Shown: positions 13,699 through 27,190, counted from the stretch's first letter. The stretch is DNA of 64,000 bases from Felis catus (GCF_018350175.1 NC_058368.1:160086001-160150000); one strand, 5' to 3'. Numbers and translations: made by a program. The notes: a model not told the origin generated them from the sequence alone.

Positions 13699-15420
13699 AC
13701 GTTGTGTTATTGAAAATGCTAACTTGAAAAAACTCAGACTTTAAAATTTAACACTAACGGAACTTAGATAGTTAATCTAGCTAGACTTGACCAAATTGTA
13801 AATTCCATGAGGTCATGCTTTATTACTCTTTTGCATCCTTATGGGGCCTGGTGATATAGTACTAGGCAAACAAATACTTGTTGCTTGATCAATTACTGAG
13901 AGTAATATCCTGCATTTGACTCATTTATATTGACATTTATGTTAGGGATGAAGCATGAGTTGGGAATTTAAGAATAAAGACTTGCCTTGCCATAATTTTG
14001 CTGTTTGACACTGAAAAAAGTAATTAAATATTTCTGAGCCTTAAAGGTGAAGGTCTCTAAAAGAGGGATGCTCTGCCTTACACATTTACCATGGGAATAA
14101 AAAAATGCATCAGTGGTAAAGTGAATGCTGGTTAAACAATAAGTGTTATTCTTTTTGAATAAAAAGGGTCAACACTGATATTTAATTTTAACATCAGCAC
14201 TTGAATAAAAGGCTGAATGGACTTACTGATTGGAAAGCCACCCTTATATTTAAAAAATGGAAAATGATTTTTCCTACTTAGTTTCCATTTCTCTCTTAGC
14301 CATTATCATGCAGTTTTACATGTCATATTATAATTGGAGAATGAGCTTTCTCCTGATTCTCTCATCAAGTGAAAACCCAATTGAAATAATGATTGGCTTA
14401 GTTGGCCAATGAGACGAGACACTGGTTTATACAACCAGAGTTCCTCTGAAAGTGGTGAGGACAAGTCTCCTGTCTCAAAGGGCAACTGAAGAGTCATCAA
14501 CTAATTTTTAACCAATGGCAAAGTAACATGGAATATCCAAGGAAATAGATATGAATTCATGTGAATACAAATGTTGTTACAAAAAGCATCACTCCAGTGA
14601 ATACTGGATACATTTGTAATGACTGTCATTTGAAGTAAAAAGAGTGTCCTAATTTTAGTTTTAACAAAGGCTCAGTAAGTGCCTAGTGTTTGGGCACCAA
14701 ATATATTTTATCATTTACAAAACAGTTTTTAAGTTCCATTTAAGATTTATCTATGAAAATTTCGATTCACAATTAAGATATGGATTGTGGTGGGAGAACT
14801 ACAGTGAATGCAGGACACAGATAGTTGCAAATTATAGGAATGTTGAACATATGAGGCTGACTCTGCTTGTAGATTTAACTGGAGGATTACATCTATCTAT
14901 TTCTTTGGTTTGGATTGAAAGTGTTTTTAGTAAAGGAATGATGCGCCCCATCTGCATATACAAATAGGCCAGAGCAGTGGTTCTCGTCCAAGGGAGAGTA
15001 TTTAAAAATAGTAGTATCAAAGGTTCACCCAAGATCAATTACAAATCAGAATTTCTAAAGGAATAGCTTATGCATTTAAGGCTGTAAGGTCAAAAAGCTA
15101 GAATTAGCTGCTTTTAAATTTTGTCCTTAGTTAAAAATGGGATGCTTGTGATAAAATTAATTTTGGGAAAGTGCATAACATTTGAAAATTACAATAGGCC
15201 AGGAAGGAAGCAAATGAGGTAGCTATTACATTGTGCCTTCTGTGAGCACAATTACAAACCCCAGAGCAAGCCACTGTTTAGGGTTTCAGCTCCTTGAAAG
15301 TATTTCTGGTACTTATGCTTCTTTTCCTCATTTAGAGATTACCTCCTCTAAAATTTGTCAACTTTAAACACTCTTTCGATAATTTAGGTTTTCTAACAAG
15401 GTTTCTTTCTCAAGACCACT

Positions 15421-15656
15421 GTTTTAAAATTTTTTTATTAAAAAAAATTTTTTAACGTTTATTCATTTTTCAGAGACAGAGAGAGAGAGTGCAAACAGGA
15501 GTGGGGCAGAGAGAGAAGGAGACACAGAATCCAAAGCAGGCTCCAGGCTCTGAGATGTCAGCACAGAGCCCAACACAGGGCTCGAACTCACGAACCATGA
15601 GATCATGACCTGAGCTGAAGTTAGATGCTCAACTGACTCAGCTACCCAGGCACCCC
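15421..15656 (-). mobile_element. CanSINE (SINEC_Fc-like)
   Basis: Typical body; TSD CTCAAGACCACT at 15409-15420 and 15656-15667. Confidence 0.95.
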
Positions 15657-16039
15657 TCAAGACCACTTTTATATGTGAAATATTTTATGAAAGTCATTTT
15701 CTCAACCAAAAACACTGATAAAAGATTTTTTTTTTCCCCATGACTCACCATAATGAGTAGGTTTTCATGTAAAAATAGTTTGGTCCAAAATATCCATATG
15801 TTTTTCACAGGCTTTTTTTTCCCCCTCAATAACTGCTAAAAGAGTTAAAATGTATAACTTGCTGGAATGGAAGTCTTGTTTGGGAAATCTGTTTAATTTT
15901 CAAGAATGATCTATATCTGGAGGTGAAAGAAAAGGAAAGGTTCTTTGTCCAACTTATTTCAGTCTCTTCTAAGTTGGTATGGTTTTCTGGAAGTTAGAAT
16001 GTGTTCCCATTTATCTCACAACTTTATTTAGTTTGACTT

Positions 16040-16232
16040 TTTTTTTTTAAGTTTATTTATTTTGAGAGAGAGAGCGAGCTTGTGTGTGAGCAGGGGAGGG
16101 ACAGAGAGAGAGAAGGAGAGAGAGGATCCCAAGCAGGCTCTGTGCTAGGGCTCAGGCTCATCACCCTGGGATCATGACCTGAGCCAAAATCAAGAATCAG
16201 CTGCTTAACTGACTGAGCCACCGAGGCGCTCC
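16040..16232 (-). mobile_element. CanSINE (older subfamily, internally deleted)
   Basis: Head ...GACTGAGCCACCGAGGCGCTCC; TTTGACTTTTTT on both sides. Confidence 0.88.
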
Positions 16233-17104
16233 TACTTTGACTTTTTTAAAGTCTCTTATCTTACTGCCAGTTTTGAAGTGAAAGGATGACTTAATTGATG
16301 AGGAAAAACAATTTTTGAAGTTGCAAATTTTGAACTTGTGGATTTTTTAGAAAACACACAAATAAATATTCTATTAGTTTATTCTTTTGTGTTATTCAGT
16401 CATCATTAATCTTCAATTACTCTTTGAACATTTCTATGGCAGTTAGTCAATTTTGCTTTCTATTTCTTTTATGCTGTGCACCCAATGGTTTCTCATTTAT
16501 TGGTTTAGATTTAACACAGTCTGTTGAATGGCTAATAGATAGATGACTTATCAATGTCCTTTCAGAGTTATATTTTGATAAACTTATGACTAAAATTAAT
16601 CTTGGCCTCACCAATGAGTTTATCTATTGATCTGCATGGCAAGGCTCTCAGCACGATGTTGTCAGTTTCACACTATTAAAAATAGCTATAAAAATGAAAC
16701 ATTTATTGACTGCTCTGGATTTAGTTGTATATGATCAGGTAATAGCTTTGTTCTTCTATCGCCATGTGTCACACCTGACTTTTAGGCTTTCCCTATTGTA
16801 GTATTTGATAGCATTTTAAACAGATCTTGTAGATTCTCAGTCACTAACAGGTATTAGAAAGTCTGTTCTAAAGCAACATTTTAATCTTGCTTCCAGCGTA
16901 AAGTTTTTTCCCTTTTAGTTTCAGCCCTGACCCTGTTTTAGGAACCAGTTATGTGGGTAGGGAGGGGGACTTGTTAGCTGTTCTTTAAATCAAATTACTT
17001 CAAATCCTCTTCCACTTCTTCTCCCCTCACTATTCTGCACCTGGCTCTTCCAGCATCCATGTGGGGGAATGTGATGAGCAGTTAAGGGGTAAAAAAAAGG
17101 AGGC

Positions 17105-17315
17105 AATAAAGTACCGTGGTTAGGAACATGGACTGTGGAGTTCGATACTGGGGTTAGATCCTCTACTACCCACTGGTTTTGTGACCTTGGTTATGACTCT
17201 ATAGTTTCTTTACCTATGAATGATTTTACTTTAATAACTTGATTTTAATAATGATTTGTGGTTGTAAGGATTATATATGTTAATTTATATAAAGTATTTA
17301 CTCAGTAATTGTTAG
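17105..17315 (+). mobile_element. MIR SINE remnant
   Basis: GTGGTTAGGAACATGGACTGTGGAG...TGTGACCTTGG...GTTGTAAGGATT MIR-like core. Confidence 0.6.
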
Positions 17316-18677
17316 TTGTCCCGGGTATTCCTGCTGGGTTTATTGGTGCTTTGTATCTGTCTTCCTTCTGGGACTGTGTTCTGGGACTCTCTATCTTGGC
17401 AGGCAGGTTCTCCTCCGGATGATTGGGTAGGCTCTCTGTCCTCCCTGCCCTCCACAGAGATCTCTGCACTGCACTTTTCTGATGCTTTCAATCTACTTGC
17501 TGGCTGACACTTTGCAATCCCTGGCCTGACTCCTGCCCTAGCACTAGACTCCTGAGGGTGTTGTGCCTGGGCAGGCAGCTAAGAGTGACCATTGGGAAGA
17601 TTGAACATGGGAAAAGTTGTGCATCCGGGCCCAGCTGATTGTCGGAAGTGCAGGCCATTCCTTCTGCTGGTTTCCCTCTTTGCCTGGCCATCATGGGCTG
17701 TCCTAGCCCCTTTCTGCCTATAGGTTCCTTTAGGGTCCAGGGTCTGGTCCCAGTCTGTAACTTTATGTATGCCTCCAAACACCTAGAGATAGATGTTAGT
17801 GCTTTCTCAAATACTCTCATGAAAGTTCCCCAACATTTTTGCCACTGACCAAGCTTCTACCTGAGCAGTGAACTATCTCCTGGAGAGAAACTTAATCTCT
17901 TTGAATGATTCTCTCAGGGCTGCTTTTATGTGAGTTGTTTTCCTGGCTAGCACACCACTCCCTCCTCCCACACTGCAGGGTTAAGGGGGACACCATAGCA
18001 CTCTCTTCCTTGAATTCATTTCAAAGACTCCTCTCCAATGAGTCTACAACTTTCTCCCTAAGTTGGGCACTGAGTGTGATGGTTATGCGATCCCTTTGGC
18101 TCTGCCCTGAGGACCTCTTTAGATTGTAGGATATTTATCAGTTTTTCTTGGCTGTAGCCAAAATTTAGTCAACAAAGAACATCGTATTTCACATGCCGCT
18201 GTAAGTATCTTGGTCATACCTTGTGCTATAACAAAGGCTGAATGAGGCAGCAAATTAAATTCCAACATATTTGTGCCCTGAATGCCTGGAACTGTGTTTG
18301 CTTGTATTGTTTATTTTAACACAGATGCAGATAAGTGATTTCACTTTGAAAAATATCATTATTTTCATTACAGAACCTCTGCTGTATGAGCAGAGAGAAA
18401 CCACAAACTCAGAGTAGCTTTCTGTAATTCCATGTAGTTAAACTTTACATCATTCTTGTTGAATATCACCAAATGGCAGCTTCTATAGCAATGCTAGCCT
18501 CCTTTCTAAAAAACCGAATATTTCATGTTGATAGCCATTATTAATAGTTTGAGTCTAATGTTGTGATCATACCTCAAACACAGTCAGAAGGACCTAATCA
18601 AAGCATGGTCATGTTTAGTTTCAGTCATGTGAGTTTCAGAATTATGGAAGAACCTCAAAAGGTCAACCATCTATGCT

Positions 18678-18845
18678 TAGCAGTGTCAAGTAGAGCTTTT
18701 TGTGAAGATGCCCTGTCGCTGTTGAGCACTTGAAACGTGATGAGTGTGGCTGAGGAACTGCATTTTTAATTATATTTCATTTTAGCTCATTAAAATTTAA
18801 CTTTAAATAGCCACATGTGACTATTGGCTACTGTACTGGAAAAGT
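18678..18845. mobile_element. MER3-like hAT-Charlie DNA transposon remnant
   Basis: TTGAGCACTTGAAA...TGAGGAACTG...TTTAAATAGCCACATGTGACTATTGGCTACTGTACTGGA resembles MER3 consensus (from memory). Confidence 0.7.
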
Positions 18846-18891
18846 CACTTCTCTCTTTACACAGACTTGGTAAAGTCTAAAATAATAATTA

Positions 18892-19085
18892 TTTTTAAAG
18901 TTTATTTATTTTTTTTGAGAAAGGGAGGATACATGCGCGAGGGGCAGAGAGAAAGAATCCCAAGTAGGTTTTGCACTATCAGTGCAGAGCTCCACACAGG
19001 ACTCAATCCCACAAACTGTGAGATCATGACCTGAGCTGAAATCAAGAGTTGGATGCTTAACCGACTGAGCCCCCCAGGTGCCCCC
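18892..19085 (-). mobile_element. CanSINE (older subfamily)
   Basis: Head ends CCCCAGGTGCCCCC at 19085; degenerate TSD AA(A/C)TAATAATTA. Confidence 0.9.
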
Positions 19086-19158
19086 AAACTAATAATTAAA
19101 AAAAAACTTGTATTTTCCTTTTGTAAGACTGATATTTTTCTTTTAAAGAAAAAAATTA

Positions 19159-19367
19159 GGGGCGCCTGGGTGGTTCGGTCGGTTAAGCATCCAACTTCGG
19201 CTCAGGTTATGATCTCACCATTCCCGAGTTTGAGCCCCATGTTGGGCTCTGTGCTAACAGCTCAGAGCCTGGAGTCTCCCTTGGATTCTGTGTCTCCCTC
19301 TCTGTCTCTACCCCTCCGCTGCTCAGATTCTGTCTCTTTCTCAAAAATAAACATTAAAAAATAAATT
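19159..19367 (+). mobile_element. CanSINE (SINEC_Fc-like)
   Basis: GGGGCGCCTGGGTGGTTCGGTCGGTTAAG head; degenerate TSD TAAAGA(n)AAAATTAG. Confidence 0.93.
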
Positions 19368-20087
19368 TAAAGATAAAATTAGAATTGCTGAGTAATGTAG
19401 AAATAAATATAGATTTATCTGCCTTAGATGACCTATTTTATTGAATAGAATAATTTAGAGGAGGAGGTCAGCACTGTCTCTTCACTGTTAAAATGATCCT
19501 AAGGTGATAACATTTTTGTATTATTGACTTGGAGACAGCATTCCTTCAGAGCTCTCCTGTGACTTGTATTTGTGTAGAGATGCATAGTTCACAGCATATT
19601 ATCTCCTTTTTTTTCTCTGGAAAGAATCCCTCATATAATTATGCTTCTCATGTTAGGGGTGGGAGGTTGAGCATCCAGGAGCTGAAGTGACCTGCCAGAC
19701 ATCATAGCATGAGGAGTGGGGCCAGGGGACGATGGGCTCATGTCACACAAAACATTTCGTAAGGACTCATCTCTGGCAGGTACTGTTCCACATTAAGGAT
19801 TCATAAAGGAATAAAATCCTGTCTTGGGTATTTGGGGTACCTTCCCCTCTGTCTCCTGGTAGGAGATTGGTAGAAGCAGGAAGGATGAGACTGGTTGTGA
19901 AAGGTTGTAGGTCCTTCCAGGGGGCTGTCATCAGGTTTCTCCGGTGGGATGTCAGAAAGCTGTCCCTCTTCTAAGGCTGGCAGGCCACTCTGCCAGTCCA
20001 AGTCCTAGGGACTTGTGCTTTCTCGTAAGGCTTGTCTGCATCCCACCATATCTTCAAAGCTCATTCCTTTTAAAGTAAATCCTCCTT

Positions 20088-20298
20088 GCTTGCCTGGGTG
20101 GCTCAGTCAGTTAAGCATCAGACTCTTGATTTTGACTCAAGTCAGGATCTCATGGTTCATGGGTTTGATTCCCACATTGAGGCTCGGAGCCTGCTTGGGA
20201 TTCTCTCTCCCTCTCTCTCTGCCCCTCCCCCACTTGTTCTCGCTCTTTCTCTCTCTCTATCTCAAAATAAGTAAATAAACTTAAAGAAATAAAATAAA
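20088..20298 (+). mobile_element. CanSINE (older subfamily)
   Basis: TGCCTGGGTGGCTCAGTCAGTTAAGCATC head, (CT)n, A-rich tail. Confidence 0.9.
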
Positions 20299-21389
20299 AC
20301 CTTTTTGAATTATCTGGTGAGTGTCAGGTATTTGTGGTTAGGGCCCAGTCTGATCTATCCCCTCCCTCTCTCAAACTGTTCTATTTCTGGTGGTGTATCT
20401 CCTCTCTTTCTGGTTGGATGGAGCATCACAAAAGGTGTCCTGAGAATAGCAGCACAGAGGCCTCTATTCTTGAACACTGGCCGATACTGTATAACACTGG
20501 AATGTGACACTGTAGATTCCAGGGTTCCAAATGCCTGGCACACTGGGGGCCTTGAATCCATCACAGATGATGTCTCTGTATTGAGCCGTAGGTTTAAATC
20601 AAAGCAGCATCTTTGGCAAATCATTCCATTGTGGTATACCTAACATAAGAAATATTTAAATTCATCAGTGATCTGGCAATAAATTCTGCCAACAGGTATA
20701 AATTTATTTATTGACCAACCATGGAAGGATTTCATTTATAGAATAGGCACTCAATAAATGATTTTGTGGATGACAAGGTTGGGATTTACTCTTGAGTTAT
20801 GATGCACTATAAATACGTACCAAGAAATGCATAGATACACTGGTTAATTAAGAGGTCAGTATATTACCATTATTTAATATATTTTGTCTCAGATCATGCA
20901 ATTCTATTTTAAGAGAGATTTATGAATCTTTACTTAGATTATCATGAGAAGACACATTTTAGTCTCTTAAATAATATATTGAGGTGGCTGCCTATTTTAT
21001 ACTAAGTGATTATTAGAGTATCTTGTATGTGCCACACACTGAGGCAGGTACTGGGATTAAAGTAGTGAACAGGTACATACTGTCTGCATTTGGGAAACTT
21101 ATACTTTATTAGATGAGATGTATGCCAAAGGAATAATTTAAAAATAATTTATGGATTGCAATTATTGCATGGTAATGTGGTTTTTGTTTTCTATCCCTTT
21201 CCTCATCCTACATTCTCTCCCCTGTCCTACCTGGAACCTGACTCATACTTTCATACGGAGTACAAGAAAACAGGGTTTTTGACTCAAGAAAGAGCCAGAT
21301 ATCTTTAGCATAATAAAGGGAAAGAACTATACCTAAAGGTGTTAATCTTAATACTATGAAGAAGCTAATGACTTTATACTGAGAATTTA

Positions 21390-21579
21390 GGGGTGCCTGG
21401 GTGGCTCAGTTGGTTCTAAGTGTCCAACTTCAGCTCAGGTCATGATCTCATGGTTCATGAGTTCGAGCCCCACATTGGGCTCCATGCTGATGGTGCAGAG
21501 TCTGCTTGGGATTCTCTCTCCCTCTCCCTCTGCTGCTCCCTGACTCACTTTCTCCCTCTCCCTCAGAATAAATAAATAA
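21390..21579 (+). mobile_element. CanSINE
   Basis: GGGGTGCCTGGGTGGCTCAG head; 19-bp degenerate TSD ACTTTATA(C/G)TGAGAAT(T/C)TA at 21371-21389 and 21580-21598. Confidence 0.93.
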
Positions 21580-22214
21580 ACTTTATAGTGAGAATCTAAG
21601 ACTGACCTCAGTGAAGAATTTTTCCCCCCTTCTCTTTTGCCCTCAGCAATGAAATCTCTGGAACAATTTAACAATGGAGCATAAAGGAACTAAACAAGAA
21701 GCAGCAGACTATGTGAGTACAGTTGAAGGAGCTGAGAGTGAGGAGCAAAGATCACACAGAGGATCATAGAAGCTGTGGGAGGAAGGAGATAGAACAGGCC
21801 TTTGGCAGAGATATTTTTCTGCCTACATCTAGGCTATCTGGGAATACCAGGACTATCTAGGACACTGGAGGAGCTGGGTGTTCTCAGTGATTTTTAGCCC
21901 CCTGGCATTCATGTCCTTATGTGTTCTCCCCCCACACTGGAAAAGTCTGGCCTAGGTAACCAACAGGATACTGTAGAAATGATTGAGTATGTCTTTTGAG
22001 ACTGAGTTAGAAAGGATATGTGGCTTCTGCCTGCTCTTTTGGACCACTCAATCTGGGAAAGCCAGCTGGTGTGTTGTGAGGATTCACAATAATAGGTGAG
22101 GTCCATAGGTGAGGAGCCGAGGTCTCCATCCAGTAGACATGAGTAAGCAATTCTGGAGGTAGATTTTCTAGCCTCAGACAAGCCTTTAGATGAAGCAACC
22201 TGGACTGATATCTT

Positions 22215-22659
22215 TTTTTTTTTTTTTTACCTTTTTAAAAAATTATTTATTTATTTATTTACTTATTTATTTATTTATTTTTATTTATTTTTAAATTTAC
22301 ATTCAAGGTAGTTATCATATAGGGCAACAATGATTTCAGGAGTAAATTCCTTAATGCCCCTTACCCATTTAGTCTATCCGCCCTCCCACAACCCTTCCAG
22401 TAACCCTCTGTTTGTTCTCCATATTTAAGAGTCTCTTATGTTTTGTCCCCCTCCCTGTTATTATATTATTTTTGTTTCCCATCCCTTATGTTCATCTGTT
22501 TTGTATCTTAAAGTTCTCATATGAGTGAAGTCATATGATATTTGTCTTTCTCTGGCTGACTAATTTCGCTGATCAAAATGCCCTCCAGTTCCATCCACAT
22601 AGTTGCAAATGGCAAGATTTCATTCTTTTTGATTGCTGAGTAATACTCCGTTGTGTATG

Positions 22660-22724
<65 letters not shown>

Positions 22725-22730
22725 ATATAC

Positions 22731-22777
<47 letters not shown>

Positions 22778-25700
22778 ACATCTTCTTTATCCATTCATCC
22801 ATCAATGGATGTTTGGGCTCTTTCCATATTTTGGCTATTATTGATAGTGCTTCTATAAACATTGGGGTGCATGTGTCCCTTTGAAACAGGATACATGTAT
22901 CCCTTGGATAAATACCTAGTAGTGCAATTGCTGAGTCGTGGGGTAGTTCTAATTTTAATTTTTTGAGGAATCTCCATACTGTTTCCCAGAGTGACTGCAC
23001 CAGTTTGTATTCCCACCAGCAGTGCAAAAGAGATCCTCTTTCTCCACATCCTCGCCAGCATCTGTTGTTGGCCTGAGTTGGTGATATTAGCCATTCTGAC
23101 AGGTGTGAGATGTTATCTCATTGTGGTTTTGATTTGTATTTCCCTGATGATGAGTGATGTGGAGCATTTTTTCATGTGTCGTTTGGCCATCTGGATGTCT
23201 TCTTTGAAGAAGTGTCTGTTCATGTCTTTTGCCCATTTCTTCACTGGATTATTTGTTTTTTGGGTGTTGAGTCTGATAAGTTCTTTATAGATTTTGGATA
23301 CTAACCCTCTATCTGGTATATCATTTGCAAATATCTTTTCCCATTCCATTGGTTTCCTTTTAGTTTTGCTGATTGTTTCCTTCACTGTGCAGAAGCTTCT
23401 TATTTTGATGAGGTCCCAAGCAACTATTTTTGCTTTTGTTTCCCTTGCTTCCAGAGACATGTTGAGTAAGAAGTTGCTGCGGCCAAGGTCAAAGAGGTTT
23501 TTGCCTGATTTCTCTTCGAGGATTTGGATGAATTCTTGTCTTACATTTAGGTTTTTCATCCGTTTTGAGTTTATTTTTGTGTATGGTGTAAGAAAGTGGT
23601 CCAGGTTCATTTTTCTGCATATCGCTCTCCAGTTTTCCCAACACCACATGCTGAAAAGACTGTCTTTATTCCATTGGATATTCTTTCCTGCTTTATCAAA
23701 GATTAGTTGGCCATTCATTTGTGGGTCCATTTCTGGTTCTCTATTCTGTTCCATTGATCTGTTTTTGTGCCAGCACCATACTGTTTTGATGATTATAGCT
23801 TTGTAATACAACTTGAAGTCCGGGATTGTGATGCCTCCAGCTTTGATTTTCTTTTTCAAGATTGCTTTGGCTATTTGGGGTCTTTTCTGGTTGCATACAA
23901 ATTTTAGGATTGTTTATTCTAGCTCTGTGAAGAATGCTGGTGTTATTTTGACAGGGATTGCATTGAATATGTAGATTGCTTTGACAATTTAACAATTATT
24001 GTTTTTCCTATCCAGGAGCATGGAAATGTTTTCCAATTTTTTGTGTCTTCTTCAATTTCTTTCATAAACTTTCTATAGTTTTCAGGGCATAGATTTTTCA
24101 CCTGTTTGGTCGGATTTATTCCTAGGTATTTTATGGTTTGTGTTGCAATTATACATGGGATAAATTTCTTGATTTCTCTTTCTGGTGCTTCATTATTGGT
24201 GTATGGGAATGCAACCGATTTCTGTGCATTGATTTTTACATCCTTCAACTTTCCTGAATTCATGGATCAGTTCTAGCAGTTTTTTTGGTAGAATCTTTTG
24301 GGTTTTCCATATAGAGTATCATGTCATCTGCAAAGAGTGAAAGTTTGACTTCCTCCTGGCTGATTTGGGTGCCTTTTATTTCTTTGTGTTGTCTGATTGC
24401 TGAGGTTAAGACTTCCAATACTATGTTGAATAACAGTGGCAAGAGTAGACATACTGTCTCGTTCCTGACCTTAGGCAGAAAGCTCTCAGTTTTTCCGCAT
24501 TGAGGATGATATTAGCATTGGGTAGTTCATATATGGCTTTTATGATGTTGAGGTATGATCCTTCTATCCCTGCTTTCTTGAGGGCTTTTTTTTTTTTTTT
24601 AATCAGGAAAGGGTGATGTAGTTTGTCAAATGCTTTCTCTGCATATATTAAGAGGATCATGTGGTTCTTGTTCTTTCTTTTACTGATGTGATGAATCACA
24701 TTAATTGTGTTGCAGGTATTGAACTATCCCTGCATCCCAGGTATAAATCTCACTTGGTCATGGTAAATAATTCTTTTAATGTATTGTTGGATCTGGTTGG
24801 CTAATTTCTTGTTGAGGATTTTTGCATCCATGTTCATCAGGGAAATTGGTCTGTAGTTCTTCTTTTTAGTGGGGTCTATGTCTGGTTTTGTAATCAAAGT
24901 AATGCTGGCTTCATAGAAAGGGTTTGGAAGTTTTCCTTTCATTTCTATTTTGTTTGGAACAGCTTCAAGAGAATAGGTGTTAACTCTTCCTTAAATGTTT
25001 GGTAGAATTCCCCTGGAAAGCCATCTGGCCCTGGACTCTTGTTTTTTTGGCAAATTTTTGATTACTAATTCAATTTCTTTACTGTTTGTGGGTCTGATGA
25101 AATTTTCTATTTCTTCCCGTTTCAGTTTTGGTAGTTTATATGTTTCTAGGAATTTGTATATTTCTTCCAGATCGCCCATTTTATTAGTATAATTGCTCAT
25201 AATATTCTCTTATTATTGTTTGTATTTCTGTGTTGGTTGTGATCTCTCCTTGTTCATTCTTATTTTATTTATTTGGGTCCTTTCCTTTTTCTTTGTGATT
25301 AAACTGGCTAGTGGTTTATCAATTTTGTTAATTCTTTCAAAGAACCAGCTTCTGGTTTCATTGATCTGTTCTAGTGTTTTTTTTGGTTTTGATAGCATTG
25401 ATTTCTGCTCTAATCTTTATTATTTCCTGTCTTCTGCTGGTTTGGGGTTTTATTTGCTGTTCTTTTTCCAGCTCTTTGAGGTATAAGGTTAGGTTGTTTT
25501 TCAGAGATCTTTCTTCTTTCTCTAGGAAGGCCTGGATTACTACATACTTTCCTCTTATGACCACCTTTGTTGCATCCCAGAAGTTTTTGGTTGTGGTGTT
25601 ATAATTTTCATTGGTTTCCATGTACTTTTTAATTTCCTCTTTATCTTCTTGGTTAGCCCATTAATTCTTTAGTAGGATGTTCTTTAGTCTCCAAGTATTT

Positions 25701-25992
25701 GTTATCTTTCCACATTTTTTCTTGTGGTTGATTTCAAGTTTCATAGTATTGTGATCTCCGTCCTCTCTCCACAAGCAAAACCAATCCCTGCCCTCCATGG
25801 CTTCTCTCTCCCCTAGTTCACCTCTCCGTGCCATGTACCTGCTGAGTTCTGTGGTTCAGGTTTTTCATATTGTTGTGTTAATCCTCATATCAGTTTTCTA
25901 GGTGTGCAGGATGGTTTAATGTTGATCTGGCTGTGTTTCATGGACGCGAGACGTAAAAATCTTCCATGCTATTCCGCCATCTTGGCCCCTCC
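22215..25992 (-). mobile_element. LINE-1 (carnivore/felid type) with intact 5' end, large internal deletion, degraded ORF2 and poly(A) tail
   Basis: Perfect 16-bp TSD CCTGGACTGATATCTT at 22199-22214 and 25993-26008; 5' end GGAGGGGCCAAGATGGCGG; ORF2 fragments ([39 protein letters not shown]) broken by frameshifts and stops; T-rich tail 22215-22295. Confidence 0.95.
22653..22776. repeat. (TA)n microsatellite inside L1 ORF2 C-terminal region
   Basis: Directly visible; source of the IYIYIY ORFs. Confidence 0.95.
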
Positions 25993-27190
25993 CCTGGACT
26001 GATATCTTAACTTCTCATGAGACCTGGAGACAGAGCTACCAGCTGACCTTCTGAATTCTTGACCTAAAGAAACTCTGAGTAATAAATCTGCTGTCTTAGC
26101 CTGCTATGTACTTGGGTAATTAATTATGTGGAAGTAGGTAATTAACCTACTGAGAGAAATGTAAATAGAATCCACTCCAAATTTCCACTGCCCTGTGGAT
26201 TCCATAGGAATTGAACATTGTGCTCTAACCTGGGCTATTTGTTCTTTTGAATTCAGCATCTGCTTGATTAGCTCAAATCAAGACTTTAGGACAACAGACT
26301 AGACTGTCCTACCTTTCCATAATTCAGGGTGCAGTATTCAAGTTACAATTTTAAGTGCTGAAGGGAGAAATACAGGGTAAAATGAAACAATATAATTTGT
26401 TTGTACTGTTACTGTTTATGTATAAGAGTAATACAGGCATGAGAGACTGAATAATCTGAATAAAACCATACTGTGTACACCTGGTATAAGATCATCTGCT
26501 CGACATTTTCCCACTGAAAGTATCTGGTCAATTAGTGCCTTAGTACCATTGATCTTTTCTTTTCTCTTTTTAAACACATTTATTTAAATCAGTTTCTACT
26601 ATAAATTGGATCATATTTCTGCCTCTCTCCCCCTTTTAAAAAACAGCCCTGTTGCCCTCTTTTGATAATAGAATATTCTAAAACCCTCTCTTTGTATTCT
26701 ACATTACAGCTTTATTTCAAAGCCCAAATCCTTAAAATTGGCATTGTTTAGCAAATTAACAATGACTTACACCGTAGTAGATACCTTGTTACGCTTTTTA
26801 TTGTTTAATGTAACAATTTGGCCATTGCATAAAAGGATATGTACCAATGATTATAATAGATGAACACCATCCTGAGTTCCTTTTTAAGTAGAGAAAAGCC
26901 TATTAAAATTAATTCATGAACAAAAATCCAACTGTATTCAGCAAAGCAATTTCAAGTTGAATGATAACACTATCTCCCTTGGTCAGATGTTGCTATTTAC
27001 ATATTTAACATCCTGAACCACTATGGAGATTTCAATATTATTTAAACATTTGCATAAAGCAAGCATGTGAACCAGATACATCTGCCTATTGCTTTTAAAA
27101 ATTTGACTCTTTTCCTCTTTTAACTTGGTCATCAAACTCAGAAATCTTCACTAGTTCTACAGAGATTAGATTATTAAGGAATGCCAGCTT

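Larger units (their letters stand above)
21880..26146 (+). mobile_element. MLT1-type (MaLR) solo LTR split by the LINE-1 at 22215-25992
   Basis: MLT1-like sequence before 22214 resumes at 25993 (...TCATGAGACCTGGAGACAGAGCTACCAGCT...AATAAATCTGCTGTCTTAGCC). Confidence 0.65.

Noticed and set aside
14391..14516. Several CCAAT/ATTGG boxes
   Set aside because: No CpG island or other promoter support; the 5-mer is common
17316..18129. Cluster of 60-110 aa ORFs in a GC-richer stretch
   Set aside because: Overlapping on both strands, mostly non-ATG starts, no recognisable domains
22517..22884. Several IYIYIY ORFs
   Set aside because: Translation of a (TA)n tract inside a dead L1
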